From contig MU058636.1 in NCBI GenBank assembly GCA_013265495.1, positions 1,798,001 through 1,862,000 of the forward strand: DNA of 64,000 bases. Direction: 5' to 3'. The notes under the pieces are model-generated. The model was not told the origin of the DNA, did not search any database, and saw nothing but the letters and a program-made list of their open reading frames with translations. How positions within the stretch are numbered: the first letter of the stretch is position 1; each line of letters opens with the position of its first letter. This document shows, in pieces, positions 48,901 through 60,055 of this stretch. The stretch is from Vicugna vicugna (lineage: Eukaryota). Position numbers and translations under genes: made by a program.

Positions 48901-50881
48901 AAGTACTCAGGTCTTTGAAAGAGATGCTGTGCAGCCAGCTCTTTCTCCCCCTTCTCCCCCAGCTCCTTTGAAGGGGCGGATCCAGCGTCTTCCCCAACCT
49001 GTATCCCCTCCTGCAGAAATAAACAATTTTACTGACAAGCGTTGAGCCCTTGAAATTTAACTGTGTAATTGGAGACACCAGATCGGCCTAGAGGTCCAGA
49101 TCACATTCCCCTCTCGTTCTAAAAAGACGGCTGGGAATCTTGACCTGAGGAGTCCTGCCTATCTTTAGCATATTTACATAAAGAGCTCAGACTCTGCATT
49201 TTGGGGTCCATCTAAGAGCTGCACTCACCCCAGGGGTTGGACAGGGTGACTGCCTTCAATATAATGCATTTTTCTGAGTCTCAGGCCCAGCCGTTGGCCC
49301 TTGTATCCTGGGCCAGAAAACCCTCCTTGCTAAGCAGCAGGTTTTGTGTGTGAGTCAGGAAAGTCCCCAAGTTACCCTGGCTGGAGGGAGGCAGGCGTCT
49401 AGCCCCAGGCCCAAGGGCCTCACCGTTGCATCCAGGTCCAGAGCACAGACACTGAGTCACTGCATTTCCTTTGTGGCTTGCACCTGGTGCTCCTACACCC
49501 AGGGAAGGCGCCTGGCACAGCCCATGGCAGAGGGGGCCCTGGGGCTGGTCTACAGGGACAATGAGGCCACAATTAGCTTCCTGGCACCCCCACCTACTGC
49601 CCTCACCAGCTCTGGCCCTCACCCTTACCGCTAGCAGGCAACACCTGTAAGATGGGAAAGGGGAGGTTTCCTTTACATTCCTGCGCTACCACCTCAGCTT
49701 CTTTCTGAGGAATTTAGCCCCCAACTGAGGGTGCAGCCACACCGATTTTTATGGAAAGAAGGCTTTCTGGCTGCCATTGCTGCTGCCAACTCAGACCCGA
49801 GCGGGAGGTTCTTGTCTTCAAAAGGGCCGACTCTGCCTTCACTCCTTGCTCGGTGTGTGTTGAGGAGGACACTGTGGCTCGTTTCTCCTCTGCCAACAGA
49901 AACCTAAGTAGTATTTGTCGGGGTCGGTTAGATCTTCCAGTGGGTATGGCTGAGAGAGAGAGACATGGGTGGGCTCCTTCTGTGTGAGCGGACAGTCTCT
50001 GGAGCCCGAGCTGACAAGCTCCCCAGAGCCGGGCTTCTCTAGTCAGAAAGATTTCTATGGGCACTGATTTTCCTCCATCACCCACTTTATCAGCTATGGG
50101 GTCCCATCTTCATCCTGGGGACCACAATATCCAGCACTAGTCAATGAGTATTATTCAATTATTTTAAAAATTATGTTTAATGACATGGTTTCCAGGGCCA
50201 GTCTGAGCTTCTGACCAACCTGCTCTCAGGGGCCGACCTTCGGGAGAGACAGGAGGCCGCTGGCCCTGACCTTCAGGCCTGTCGGGTTGGAGAACCCCCA
50301 CTCCCAGCGCTTTCTGCCTGCCCCCACCGGGCGCCTTCCCAGCGCAGCCCACTGTGGGGCTCTCGCCCGCCCACCGTGCCCCTCGCGTGCCTTCCCCGGC
50401 GCTTTGCTGTCCTTACACCGGCTCCCGTAGGTGTCCCAGAGCGAGGAAGCCGCTTCCGCTCACATGTAAATGTCAGGTGCAGCCACTGAGGTGGGAGAAG
50501 AAAAAACAGACAGACCAACTGCTGTGGAATAAAAGATTCCTTTTTCGTCCGTTTTACTTTGCGGTTCGGGCTTAGCAGGAGAGGGTGGGGGAAACAAAAA
50601 GGGCTGAATAAGCACTTTGGTATCCACAAAGGCTGGTGTGCCATGGGCCGCAAAGGAGTGAAGAATGGAAGCGGTGAGCTAGATAAATTGGGGGCAAAGC
50701 ACGAAACTGTCTGGATATTTTGGCGAAGCGTGCGCATAGGGGTAGGTGGACAAAGGGGTTCATTATTTGTGCGACTCGGTTCTCCGCGGCCTAAGTGCGC
50801 GGGTGCGCACGCCGTTCAGGCACACCGCGTGCAACCGCGGCCCCCGCGCGGCCCGACGTGCGTCCGGGGTCCCGGGTCCCG

Positions 50882-51228
50882 CTACGGCTTGGGGAAGTCG
50901 CTCCCGAGAAGGTCGGCGAGACGCAGGCGGCCGATCTTCTTCACCTCGTCCATGGCGGTGCTCAGCTCCTGCGCCCGCAGGCAGCGCAACCGGCGCGCCA
51001 GCTCCCGCGGCACCGCCTCCCGGTCGCTGAGGCGCGCGGCGAGCACGAAGGGGAAGCCGAAGCGCGCCTGGTACCGCGCGTTGAGCTCGGCCAGCCGGAG
51101 CCGCTCGGCCGCGCTCAGGTTCATCAGGCCCGCGCCGCTCTGCTCCCGCTGCGACTCGGGGGTGAGCGTGCCCCGCTGCAGCTCGGGGCCCGCCAGGTCC
51201 GGGTGGCAGCGCAGGATGCCCTCTTGGC
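50882..51228 (-). CDS. URAD: OHCU decarboxylase (ureidoimidazoline decarboxylase, PRHOXNB), coding exon 2
   Basis: Acceptor CCGCAG|GC. Encodes (G)QEGILRCHPDLAG...ESQREQSGAGL...LNARYQARFGFPFVLAAR...EVKKIGRLRLADLLGSDFPKP-TAG. Catalytic HPDL and S-x-x-EQ motifs are intact. Confidence 0.96.
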
Positions 51229-52739
51229 CTGCGGAGAAGCACAGACAGGAGGCAGGAGCGCGTGACGGCGCCGCGTGCGGGCCCAGCCGGACCTCCTGCC
51301 CCGCCCCGAAGAGGGCTTCAGAGGGAAGCAGTGTCCCGGGCGGTGATGAGGGACAACAAGGGGGTGTCCTGGAGGCTCGGGGCGCCCCTCAAACACGTCC
51401 CGAACCTTGCACCCCTCTGTCCCCACTTCATTAGGCCTCGGCCAGGACCCAGGGGCGGGGCGGGAAGTGGCAAGTTTGTCCTTTGAGACCTTGGGGTAAG
51501 AAGAGCGGAGGGAGAGGCCGCTGAGGCTCGGAATTTACGACTTGCTCGGGAGGGAGCAGGGACGCGATAAGGAGCCTGAGCATTTCGTATCTTTTCAAAG
51601 TCCTTTGCTCTCAGGGGGGCTTTGATGTCGAAGAGGGCCGGACACAAGGGCCTGAAGACTTCCTGCAAAAGCCATGGAATGGGTTTCTCTCTGTTCCAAA
51701 GGGGGGGGGGCGGGGAGGGTCCATAGGGATAACATCCATGGGACTTGGCAAATAAATGCCCAGGCTTTTGTGACCCTAAGTGTGAGTTCTGGGCTTCTGG
51801 AATCAGGCAGCCAAAGAGCTTTGCAGATGATTAACTGCAAAGAAACCCATTTCCAGCCGAATTCTTCAGGCCCTTTGAACGAAAGTGGCTTTCCTCCTTC
51901 TAGGAAAATAGCACCCACTCACCATCCACCCTGTCTGAGGCTCATTTTCTTTCTCTGTCGATCTTAAAGCGATCTCAGAGCGTAAGGTTTCCTTAGAAGA
52001 CAGCTTCCCATAATCTCCTAAAATTGGCAACCCCTGGTGTAATACCTGGGATTTTAAGTCCTAATCCAGGAGGTTTTCCTGAGCTCCGGCCAATCATTTT
52101 GCTTAGCTCTCTAAAGAGAGTTAGGATCCTTAGGGCTGGGCAAGATTTCAGATTTGGTAAGCAGGGAGCCCGATCTGTACAACTGGGGTAATGACACCTA
52201 ACTTGCTGAGTATTGGCCAGGATTAGACACAACTCATATACCCAAACAGCGCCTAACGCTAGCAAACATTCAATAAATAGCCATATTATTTGTCCTAGTA
52301 AACTCAGTGCAACTGCGCTGGGTGCAGCTGGAAGCAACTGACCCTGGGGCTGGGGACAGGCAGGGGTCTCCACTGGAAAAGGGAATCATTAACCCCCTCC
52401 TTTATTTATGGCATAAATTTCCCTTGCTTAAATCTTACAGTTTCTGCCCGATTAAAGGATGACTGGGGTTGTGCTGTCTAATTTGTGCACCAGTGTCCTA
52501 AGACGCAGGGAGAACTGGGGGGAAACATCTGCATTGAAGAGAGGACTCAACAGAGGCTCAGAAAGGCTTAGGTGACCTGCCCAAGGTCACTTAGCCAGTG
52601 GCCGCCTGTGCCGCGATCCAGGGCTCCAAACCGCGGGCGTCTTGGGGCACTAGCTGCCCCTACAAGGTTAAGAGGAGTTCACAACGAGACGCATGTCACC
52701 AATAATCCCTACTCTGTACCGCCACCGCTTTAGAACCCC

Positions 52740-53320
52740 TCTCCTGGGCCCTGTCCCTCGGGCACTGCAAACCGGAATTGGTTGGTTCCCGCTTCCCGCG
52801 TGCAGCCGTGTCCGGGTGGTGAGAAAATGCAGGCGGTAAATTCCCTACCTGGGGAGCGGGGCCCAGCCCTGGGCCGGGAGGTGACTGTGCTGAGCCTCTT
52901 CCAGGGCCTCAGGCCGAGCTGCGCCGGAATCTGCTCCGCACCCACCCAGCCTGGGCCGCACCGGCGGCGGGCGGGGGGTCTGCGGGCGGCCGGGGGGGCG
53001 GGGCCTGGGAGCCGAGTCCTGGGCGGCCCCCGGGCCCGCCCCGCCCCCTCCCGGCTTACTCCGATTTTCAAAGTCGCCTGGAGGCGAGGGGACTGAGACC
53101 CCGGCTTCTCACCAGACTTCCCCCTCTCTCGGGCTTCCCTTCCTCCTGTTTTTTACTCTGCGGAGGCCCAGCTTGGAGGAAGCAGTTAGCGGTGGGAGGG
53201 TCCCGGGGAGGAGGGGAGGGTCGGTCCCCTTGCCGCCCCTGACAGCCCTCCCTCTCCCACGCGGGGCACAGCCGCCCCGCACCCCGCACCCGCCTCTCCC
53301 TTCTGGTCCTGGCATCTCGC
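52740..53320. other. CpG island within URAD intron
   Basis: GC-box-rich (GGGCGG repeats) and CpG-dense, followed by a purine tract and (CA)n at about 53500. Confidence 0.65.
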
Positions 53321-54119
53321 TGCTGACTCCTCTGGTTGGTCTCCCCCCTTGAGAACATCACCGGGGGTTAATGTTTGCCTAGGGTTGAGCATGTGTTTCC
53401 CACTGGTTGCGGGAGAAGAGGAGGAAGAGGAAAGAAGGGAGGCCGAGAAAAGGGCAGAGCGAAGAGAAGAAGAGACCAGAAAAGAGGAACTGGAATTTAC
53501 AGACACACACACACACACACCCTCAGCTGCAGATAAAAAGAAGAAGGTGTGGGGAGTCCAGCAGTGCAGGCGATGGTAGCTCCGAAGAAACAGAGTCTGA
53601 CCCAAAGACTTCATCTTTATTGCCCCAAGCCACTGACCCCTTGGGTGTTGCCCAGGAAGCACTGACCCAGCCACACTGGCCTACGGCGCTGCATCACCAG
53701 ATGTGCTCTTAAACCCCAGGAGGGGGCTGGAGACTGTGCCTGGGTGCCTCCCACCTCCCGGCCTCAGTCCTGGGGGCCTCCCACCTGGAATGCCCAAGCC
53801 CAGCCCGGTCAGTCAATGTCCTGTGGCTCACAGGGCCTCTCAGTGCTGCCTGTTCTTCAGTCATTCCTAAAACCTTAGACAGTTCTGCCTGTGCTGTTGG
53901 TATGCGACCTCTAGAGATGTAGGTGTGGACAAGCTTTTTTTCTTCCTGCAACTGCAAATCATGACTCTCTGCACCTAGAAGAGTTCCTGACATAGAGCTG
54001 ACACTCCCTGTTTCAACAGAAGAACAGGCCAGACAGTCATGGCCACTGAAGAGCAGGCAGTTGGCCTTGAACCCCATTACAGTCCACTAGTGCCCCTACT
54101 AGTGTGTTCTTCCTCCAGG

Positions 54120-55540
54120 TACAATGGATCACCTGTCCTGTCTGTCAAAGACCAGCCTCTTCACTTGTGTCCTTGAAGCCAGCCCCTCCTTCCACCTCAA
54201 AGGCTACAATTCAGACATCAGTACCCCCTGCCCCACTACCACCACCTTAGCTTCATGAACACACAAACATGCGCTGGAATCACTCATCCTGTAAACAAAA
54301 TTAAAAGCGTCCCTTGATTCTCGGGTGTCCTCTAGTTCCTCTCTGGGCTCTGCTCCTTTATACAGCAAAACTCCTCAAAGGAATGGTCAACGCACCATCT
54401 CCACTTCCTCACCTCTCCTTCCAGGTTCACTCCATTAAGCTTCTAGCTTCACCCACCCACCAATCTGCACCCATCATGTCACAGATGACCTCTGGCTGGA
54501 GCCCAGTGACCAGTGCTCTGTCCTCTTGTCTTTCAACCTCTAAGTATGTCACATGGTTGACTCTCTCTCCTTGGAAGATTACCACACTTGCCTACTCTCA
54601 TCACTGGTCCTTGCTCTGCCAGATCACTAACACTGAAGTACCCTAACTCAGTACTCACACCTCTTCCCTTCTGTATCCACACTGATGCCCTAAGGGTTCT
54701 CATCTAGTCCCATGACTTTAAATGCCATCGGTTCTTTCATGACACCCAGATCTAGTCTAGTCCATGGCTTTCCACTGAGTTCCTTTGTTACGGGCCAACA
54801 GAACACTCCATACTTCCACTTGGATGATTACTAGGCATTCCAGACTTCACAACTTCCCTTTCTCCATCCTGTCCTCTCAATTCTGAACTCTTCTTCATTG
54901 TAGAAAAGAGCACCATCACCTACTCAGTTGCTCAGACTAAAAGCATTGGAGGTAGTTTTAATTTCTCTACTTCTGACCTGCCTTCCCCCAAGAAACCCAT
55001 CAAAAACATCGGATGGCTCTGACTCTAAAACCTATTCTGAGAATCCAGCCACATCTCTTCATCCCTCCTGCTCCAACCCTGGGCCACCCAGCCATCACCT
55101 CTCACTTCTCCTGCTGCCACAGTTCCACCACCCGAGCCCTCTTTCCTCATATCCCTCCACTCACCACCATTCTCCAAACACCTTGGTCTTTCTGTGCCCC
55201 ACCCCGCCACCAAATGTCAAAAATCTCATGTTCCTTTTCCTAGGGTGGCGTCCTCTGAGATCTTTGATGGCTTCCTTCTCTTCTTTTGGTTTCACACTCA
55301 AATATCACTTCCTAAGAAAGACCTCTTTTATTACATATTTGCTACCATATTACAAAAAACACATTACATTCTACCAGTGTCTAGAATTGAAGTGATCCTA
55401 CTTATGTTAATTCTGTCTCTGTTCCCTAGACCGTAAACTCACTGAGGGCAGGGACTCATCTTGTTCATGGCTCTATCCCGATGCCTGGGCCGATTCCTTG
55501 GGCACAGCAGGCACTCAGTAAGTGCTTACCGACTAACACA
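54120..55540 (-). mobile_element. LINE-2 fragment(s)
   Basis: L2 motifs TCATCTAGTCCCATGACTTTAAATGCCATC, CACCATCACCTACTCAGTTGCTCAGAC, CTAGACCGTAAACTCACTGAGGGCAGGGAC, CACAGCAGGCACTCAGTAAGTG. Confidence 0.7.
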
Positions 55541-55813
55541 TCACTCTTGGAAAGGAGTGTTATATATTCTTTGACCGAATGAACACATTTTAATAGCTTC
55601 ATCTAAATACCTTATACCCTGTATTTAAGGAAATGTTTAGTATCCAACTGTATCATTCACTCAACAACTATGTCCTGAAATAAGTATTAAATAAGGAATT
55701 ATGGCATTATTGCAATTCTGAAATGCCACAAAGAGATGCATGATTGTTATGACAATTTTATTGCTCTTTTATTTTTTATCACTAATCAGTACTGAATTGG
55801 GTTGTTATTGGGG

Positions 55814-55855
55814 TGTGTGTCTGTGTGTCTGTGTGTCTGTGTGTGTCTATGTGTG
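55814..55855. repeat. (TGTGTGTC)n-type microsatellite
   Basis: Directly visible. Confidence 0.85.
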
Positions 55856-56374
55856 AACCTTCCTTCAGAGAGTATTCCCATTCCTCTGGCTTGGAAATCA
55901 GAAACTAGCTTGAAAGGGTTCTTTGCCAATTAGTGCTGGAGCTGAATATTAATCCTGGACTGCCACCTACTGGTTAATAATCATCATAGCGTCACCTAAA
56001 TGGGTTGTCAACCTTGGTTTACTCTAGAAACAGGATGATCAGTTTTCTGTTAACGGCAGCAGAGTTTCTTGGATCATCTAAAATAAATCCTTGACCAGGT
56101 AGATCACTATATCCTGAACATCTCTTTAAGGTCCCTTTTAGTTTTAGGATTCAAAGACTCTGTTACACCCAGTGTTTTGCTGACTATCCAAGGAGCAAAG
56201 CTAGACTATGCAGTGAATCGTATTTTATTTGATTATTTAAAAATAAACAAACAACCATAGGATCTGGGACATAGAGAATTAATGTAAATTGAATAAATTA
56301 ATGAATAAATAAATGAAACCCCCAGAAACTCTTTCTAGACTTTTTGATTCTCTGGAAAATCCTTCAAAAGGTAT

Positions 56375-56600
56375 TGGGTTGACCATCAGGGTTTGAATCC
56401 TGTGTGTCCTTGATCAAGTTACTTAATCTCTCTGTGCCTCAATTTTATTATTTGTAAAATGGGGAGAGTAGTGATAATACTTGTTTTATAGAATTATTAT
56501 GAAGATTAAATCAGTTAACAAACTTGAAGTGTCTGGAAAACTGTCTGAAACACACCAATAGCAAGGATTAAATACATTTTAGTGACTTATTTATTACTAT
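56375..56600 (+). mobile_element. MIR SINE
   Basis: GGGTTTGAATCC...CAAGTTACTTAATCTCTCTGTGCCTCAATTTT...TTTGTAAAATGGGG. Confidence 0.75.
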
Positions 56601-58007
56601 TGCTAGCCCCACCCGTCTAATGCCATTAAGGTGATTAGATACAGGGCAAGGTGATAAGAGTCGGGCTGTGCTCCCAGCTGCCCGAGGCGAGTGTGGACAC
56701 CAGCCTAGGGCTGAGAAGCAGGCTCCACCATCAGGGAGGGCCCTCGAATGAACTGTGTCCAGTGCAGCAGCTAACAACTGTCCAGGTGGCCCTAGCTCCC
56801 TCCAGGCACTTGGTCCCACTGAACTGCCACTGAAGTCCCTCTAGTTAAAATGTGTGGGGATGGGCTAATACCAGGATCTTTCAAAATCCTCTTAGGAACA
56901 ATTTCATTCACTCGTTCAGCAGGCCTTTATCAAGTCCCAATTTCCTATCCACGGAGTGATGGGGATTCTGACACCGGCCACCATGCAGAGGCTCCCTGGT
57001 GTCTGAGCCCAGTGGTGGAGCTGAGGGTTGAGCTTTGGAGTGGTCCTGAGAAGTGGGTGAGTGTCAGCATGGCCCCTGAATTCCTGTCAGTCTGATTTTA
57101 TCCCCCATCCTCCACTCTTCCTAGATGTGCCAGAAATGAATTAAAACGAGTTCCTTATTTGGGAGCCATTCCTCTGACAATCAGAAACCATGCCTGGTGT
57201 CAAAGACTGGGGCTGACAGGCAAGACTGGGGTCCTTACTGTGGAAGAGAGGAGACCACCCTCCTCTCTCCCGCCCGGGTCTCTGTGGAAGCCCCCCAGCA
57301 AGGCAGCCCTCTCCCTCGCCATCCCTTCAGCTGGCTGGAGGACAGCCCAGGGGGCAGCCTTGGCTGCTAACCTTTGGCCTCTGAACTCCTATGGGGCTGT
57401 GTGTCATTCTGAGTCACTTGGGGTTGGCCTGACCCTAACCTCACACCCCACACCCACAAGTGCCTCCTTTTCTCTCTGCACCCAAAGGATACCAGCCATT
57501 TCCCCCCTTTCTCCAGAGGGATTCCTTCAGGTTTTTGTCTTTGTCCCCCTCACTCCCCCAGGGGAGTGTTGACCCGAGTGGTGGACGTTCCTTAGCAGTC
57601 TGGTCCAAACCGGCTGTTTCTGGTAAAAATGTCAGCCCTTTGCTCTTTCCCCTGGGCTCCGGAGATACTCTGATACGGAGCTGTCTCCTCTCTTGCATCA
57701 GGACATTCCCAAAGTGAGCATGGGGCTGGGAGGGTGGGCCCCCCGCCTGACCTCTGGCCCCTGGGCCACTGTGCGGCCTGAGGAGACAGTGCCTGTTCCT
57801 GGGACCCCCCACCCCACCCCAGCGTTAATATTTAACAACCAGTTTAGCTGAGCCAAGAACCTTCTTTCACTCCGCTCCCGGCTTGACGCCACAAGCGCCG
57901 GGTTCTCACTTAAAAAGTCTGAGGAAACAGACCCGGGCCCCAAAAGTAACTAAATATGTGCACCAGTGATGAGCAATGAGGCTAAAATATCTAAAAATAT
58001 CTTGATA

Positions 58008-58230
58008 ACAAAAAAAGCAGACTCACTGATGTGGGAAACAAACGTGTGATTGCCAGAGGGGGGAAGGGCAGGCCGCGGTGGGGGAGGCAGGTACAGACTG
58101 CTGGGGCTGAGACGCGGGGATGTGTTGGACAACACGAGGAATATGGCCAATATTTTGTACTAACTGTAAGTGGAAAGTAACCTTTAAAATTGTATAAAGT
58201 TTTTTAAAATTTACAAACTAAAAAAAGAAG
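58008..58230 (+). mobile_element. Short LINE-1 3' UTR fragment in URAD intron
   Basis: CAGACTCACTGAT...GAAACAAAC...TTGCCAGAGGG...ACAACACGAGGAATATGGCCAATATTTTGTA...AACT, with A-rich tail. Confidence 0.65.
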
Positions 58231-58323
58231 CCACCAGACCTTCCCCCACCAATCTGTATACTTTGATAAGCGCATCTGAAAGCCCTCGGTGGAGAATCTC
58301 GGTGTCTAATGCCAAAGCCTTAC

Positions 58324-58498
58324 CTGACAGCGGGAGAGCATCAATAAAGGCAAAAAAGTGCTTCTCTAAATCTTCCAAGTTAGAGAATGGGCGCTGGGAC
58401 CACACAGCGGCTGCGATCAGAGGACATCTCTCGATGACATTCCCAAACACATCCACAAATTCTCTGAAGTCCATGGAGTTGACCTTCTCAATGTCCAT
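58324..58498 (-). CDS. URAD: URAD coding exon 1 (complement join 58324..58498,50882..51228; 173 aa)
   Basis: Kozak GCGATGG. Encodes MDIEKVNSMDFREFVDVFGNVIERCPLIAAAVWSQRPFSNLEDLEKHFFAFIDALPLS. Donor CAG|GTAAGG, phase 1. 175+347 = 522 nt. Confidence 0.96.
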
Positions 58499-58559
58499 CG
58501 CTTGTGTCCCACGAGAGGCAGCAGGTCTTCGGTCCCCCACTGGGCGAGTGAGCAGCGCG

Positions 58560-58690
58560 GCTCTGCTCACTGGTTATATTTGCCGAACGCACAAGCTTGT
58601 CTTTTATGCAACACCAGCTTGGCATGTTTTAAATGCCTCTGGGAGAATCAGACCTGGAGTCCTTGTGCAATGAACAAACACAGGTTAAGG
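58560..58690 (-). promoter_or_regulatory. URAD: URAD proximal promoter with hepatocyte-type motifs
   Basis: TATA-like ATATAA (minus, 58574-58579) overlapping FOXA TATTTGC. C/EBP-like TTTATGCAAC (58603-58612) and CTTGTGCAAT (58662-58671). FOXA-like AACAAACA. Confidence 0.55.
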
Positions 58691-59869
58691 TCTAATCTAG
58701 GGAGCGGAGACCTTGCAAAGGGGTAAACGTGTCCAAACTCTCCCCACCATCAAAGCCAGCAGAGGCCGTATTTCCCTCACAGCATTCAAGCCAGATATAC
58801 TTTTGGTGCCATCAAGGGTTTAACATCTGTCATCCCAGGGAACGCTTCCTGGTAACCCAGCTGGGTCACAAGTCAACACACCTGACATTCAATTTCCCAT
58901 CTTGTTGCTGCTGTGAACAGGTAGTACTTTCAACCTTTCTCTGTATCTCCCATGCGGAACACAATAGGCACTTAATGAACACTCAGTCAACAAGATGCAG
59001 CATCTGGGGAATCCCTCTGCCCCACTCTCAGTCACTCAGACATCGCTGTGCTGTCTTCCTCCTGGACGTACCTGTCCCTGTCTGAAATCACCTTGCTCTT
59101 TGTGTTTATTTCTTTGCATACCCCTCTCAGCCATGGCAAATTCCACAAACCCAGAGACGGTGTGCCTTGTCTGCTTCCGTGTCCTGGGCGCCAAGAACCC
59201 TGCCCACAGTAGGCATGTGATAAACACCATGTAGTGAATTAGCTGATTTGATGACCACGTAGATTAAATTTCTCACCCTGACATCTTTGACATATACTCA
59301 AAACAGAAATACTGTGGAAGATCAAGTCAGAGAAAAGAAGGGGTCAAAATTTCAAAATAAAGAAAGATATTGCTATTTCCCTTTAGAACTGAAAATGCGA
59401 ACATATCTCCAAAAGTCATGCTACTTCCAAACCTGCTTTCATCGGAATGAAAAGTTGGTAAGTGGGCAACCACATTAGCGTTAGTAAATTGGTCACGCTG
59501 GCCCCTGTGGTCTATGAGAGGTGACAGGCGACTATAGTGCCCATGAAAATCTACCAGCAGCCACAGATATCTGTTCTAACTCTGTCGCTGGCGTTTCTCA
59601 GCGCAGGCCTCGCGCTGACTGCCTGGGCCAAAGGATTACGACTGAAGAACCCACAGAGGCCTTGTCTCTTGAAAAGCAGTTGATAAAATTTGCTTTTCAA
59701 AGGGGTAAATCTGACCCCAGAAATACCACAATTATAGGCCATGTCTCTGAATATAAAGGAAGCTGTATATGTAAGATTAATACTTACATAGCGTATCCCT
59801 CACAGAGATATGTGGAAACACACTGGGTCCTGGGTGCAGTGTTGTGTGCACTTTCCGGCAAACAGCACA

Positions 59870-60055
59870 GTGTGGAGATCACAGGCCCGGGAGAATTATG
59901 ACCCAGGCTCTGCCACCTGCCGTCTGACATTGGCTAGTTATTGAACTTTTCTGTGCCTCAGTTTCTCTGTCTGTACAATGGGGATAATAAGAGTATTTCC
60001 CTCATGGGATTTTTGCAAAGATTCAGTGCATTCATATATCAAAGTTTCATAGCAC
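59870..60055 (+). mobile_element. MIR SINE
   Basis: GCTCTGCCAC...TGTGCCTCAGTTTCTCTGTCTGTACAATGGGGATAATAA. Confidence 0.75.

Noticed and set aside
50816..50884. Stop-codon readthrough of URAD as a way to restore a PTS1
   Set aside because: The stop is TAG-CGG, not the TGA-CTAG readthrough context, and the extension ends -RCA, which is not a PTS1.
50559..51434. 291-aa plus-strand ORF antisense to URAD exon 2
   Set aside because: GC-rich shadow frame.
53739..53786. Imperfect 18-bp direct repeat with 30-bp period, and the (TA)n-associated TTACAGTTCCAT duplication at about 63300-63355
   Set aside because: Two-copy slippage duplications with no functional context; not arrays.
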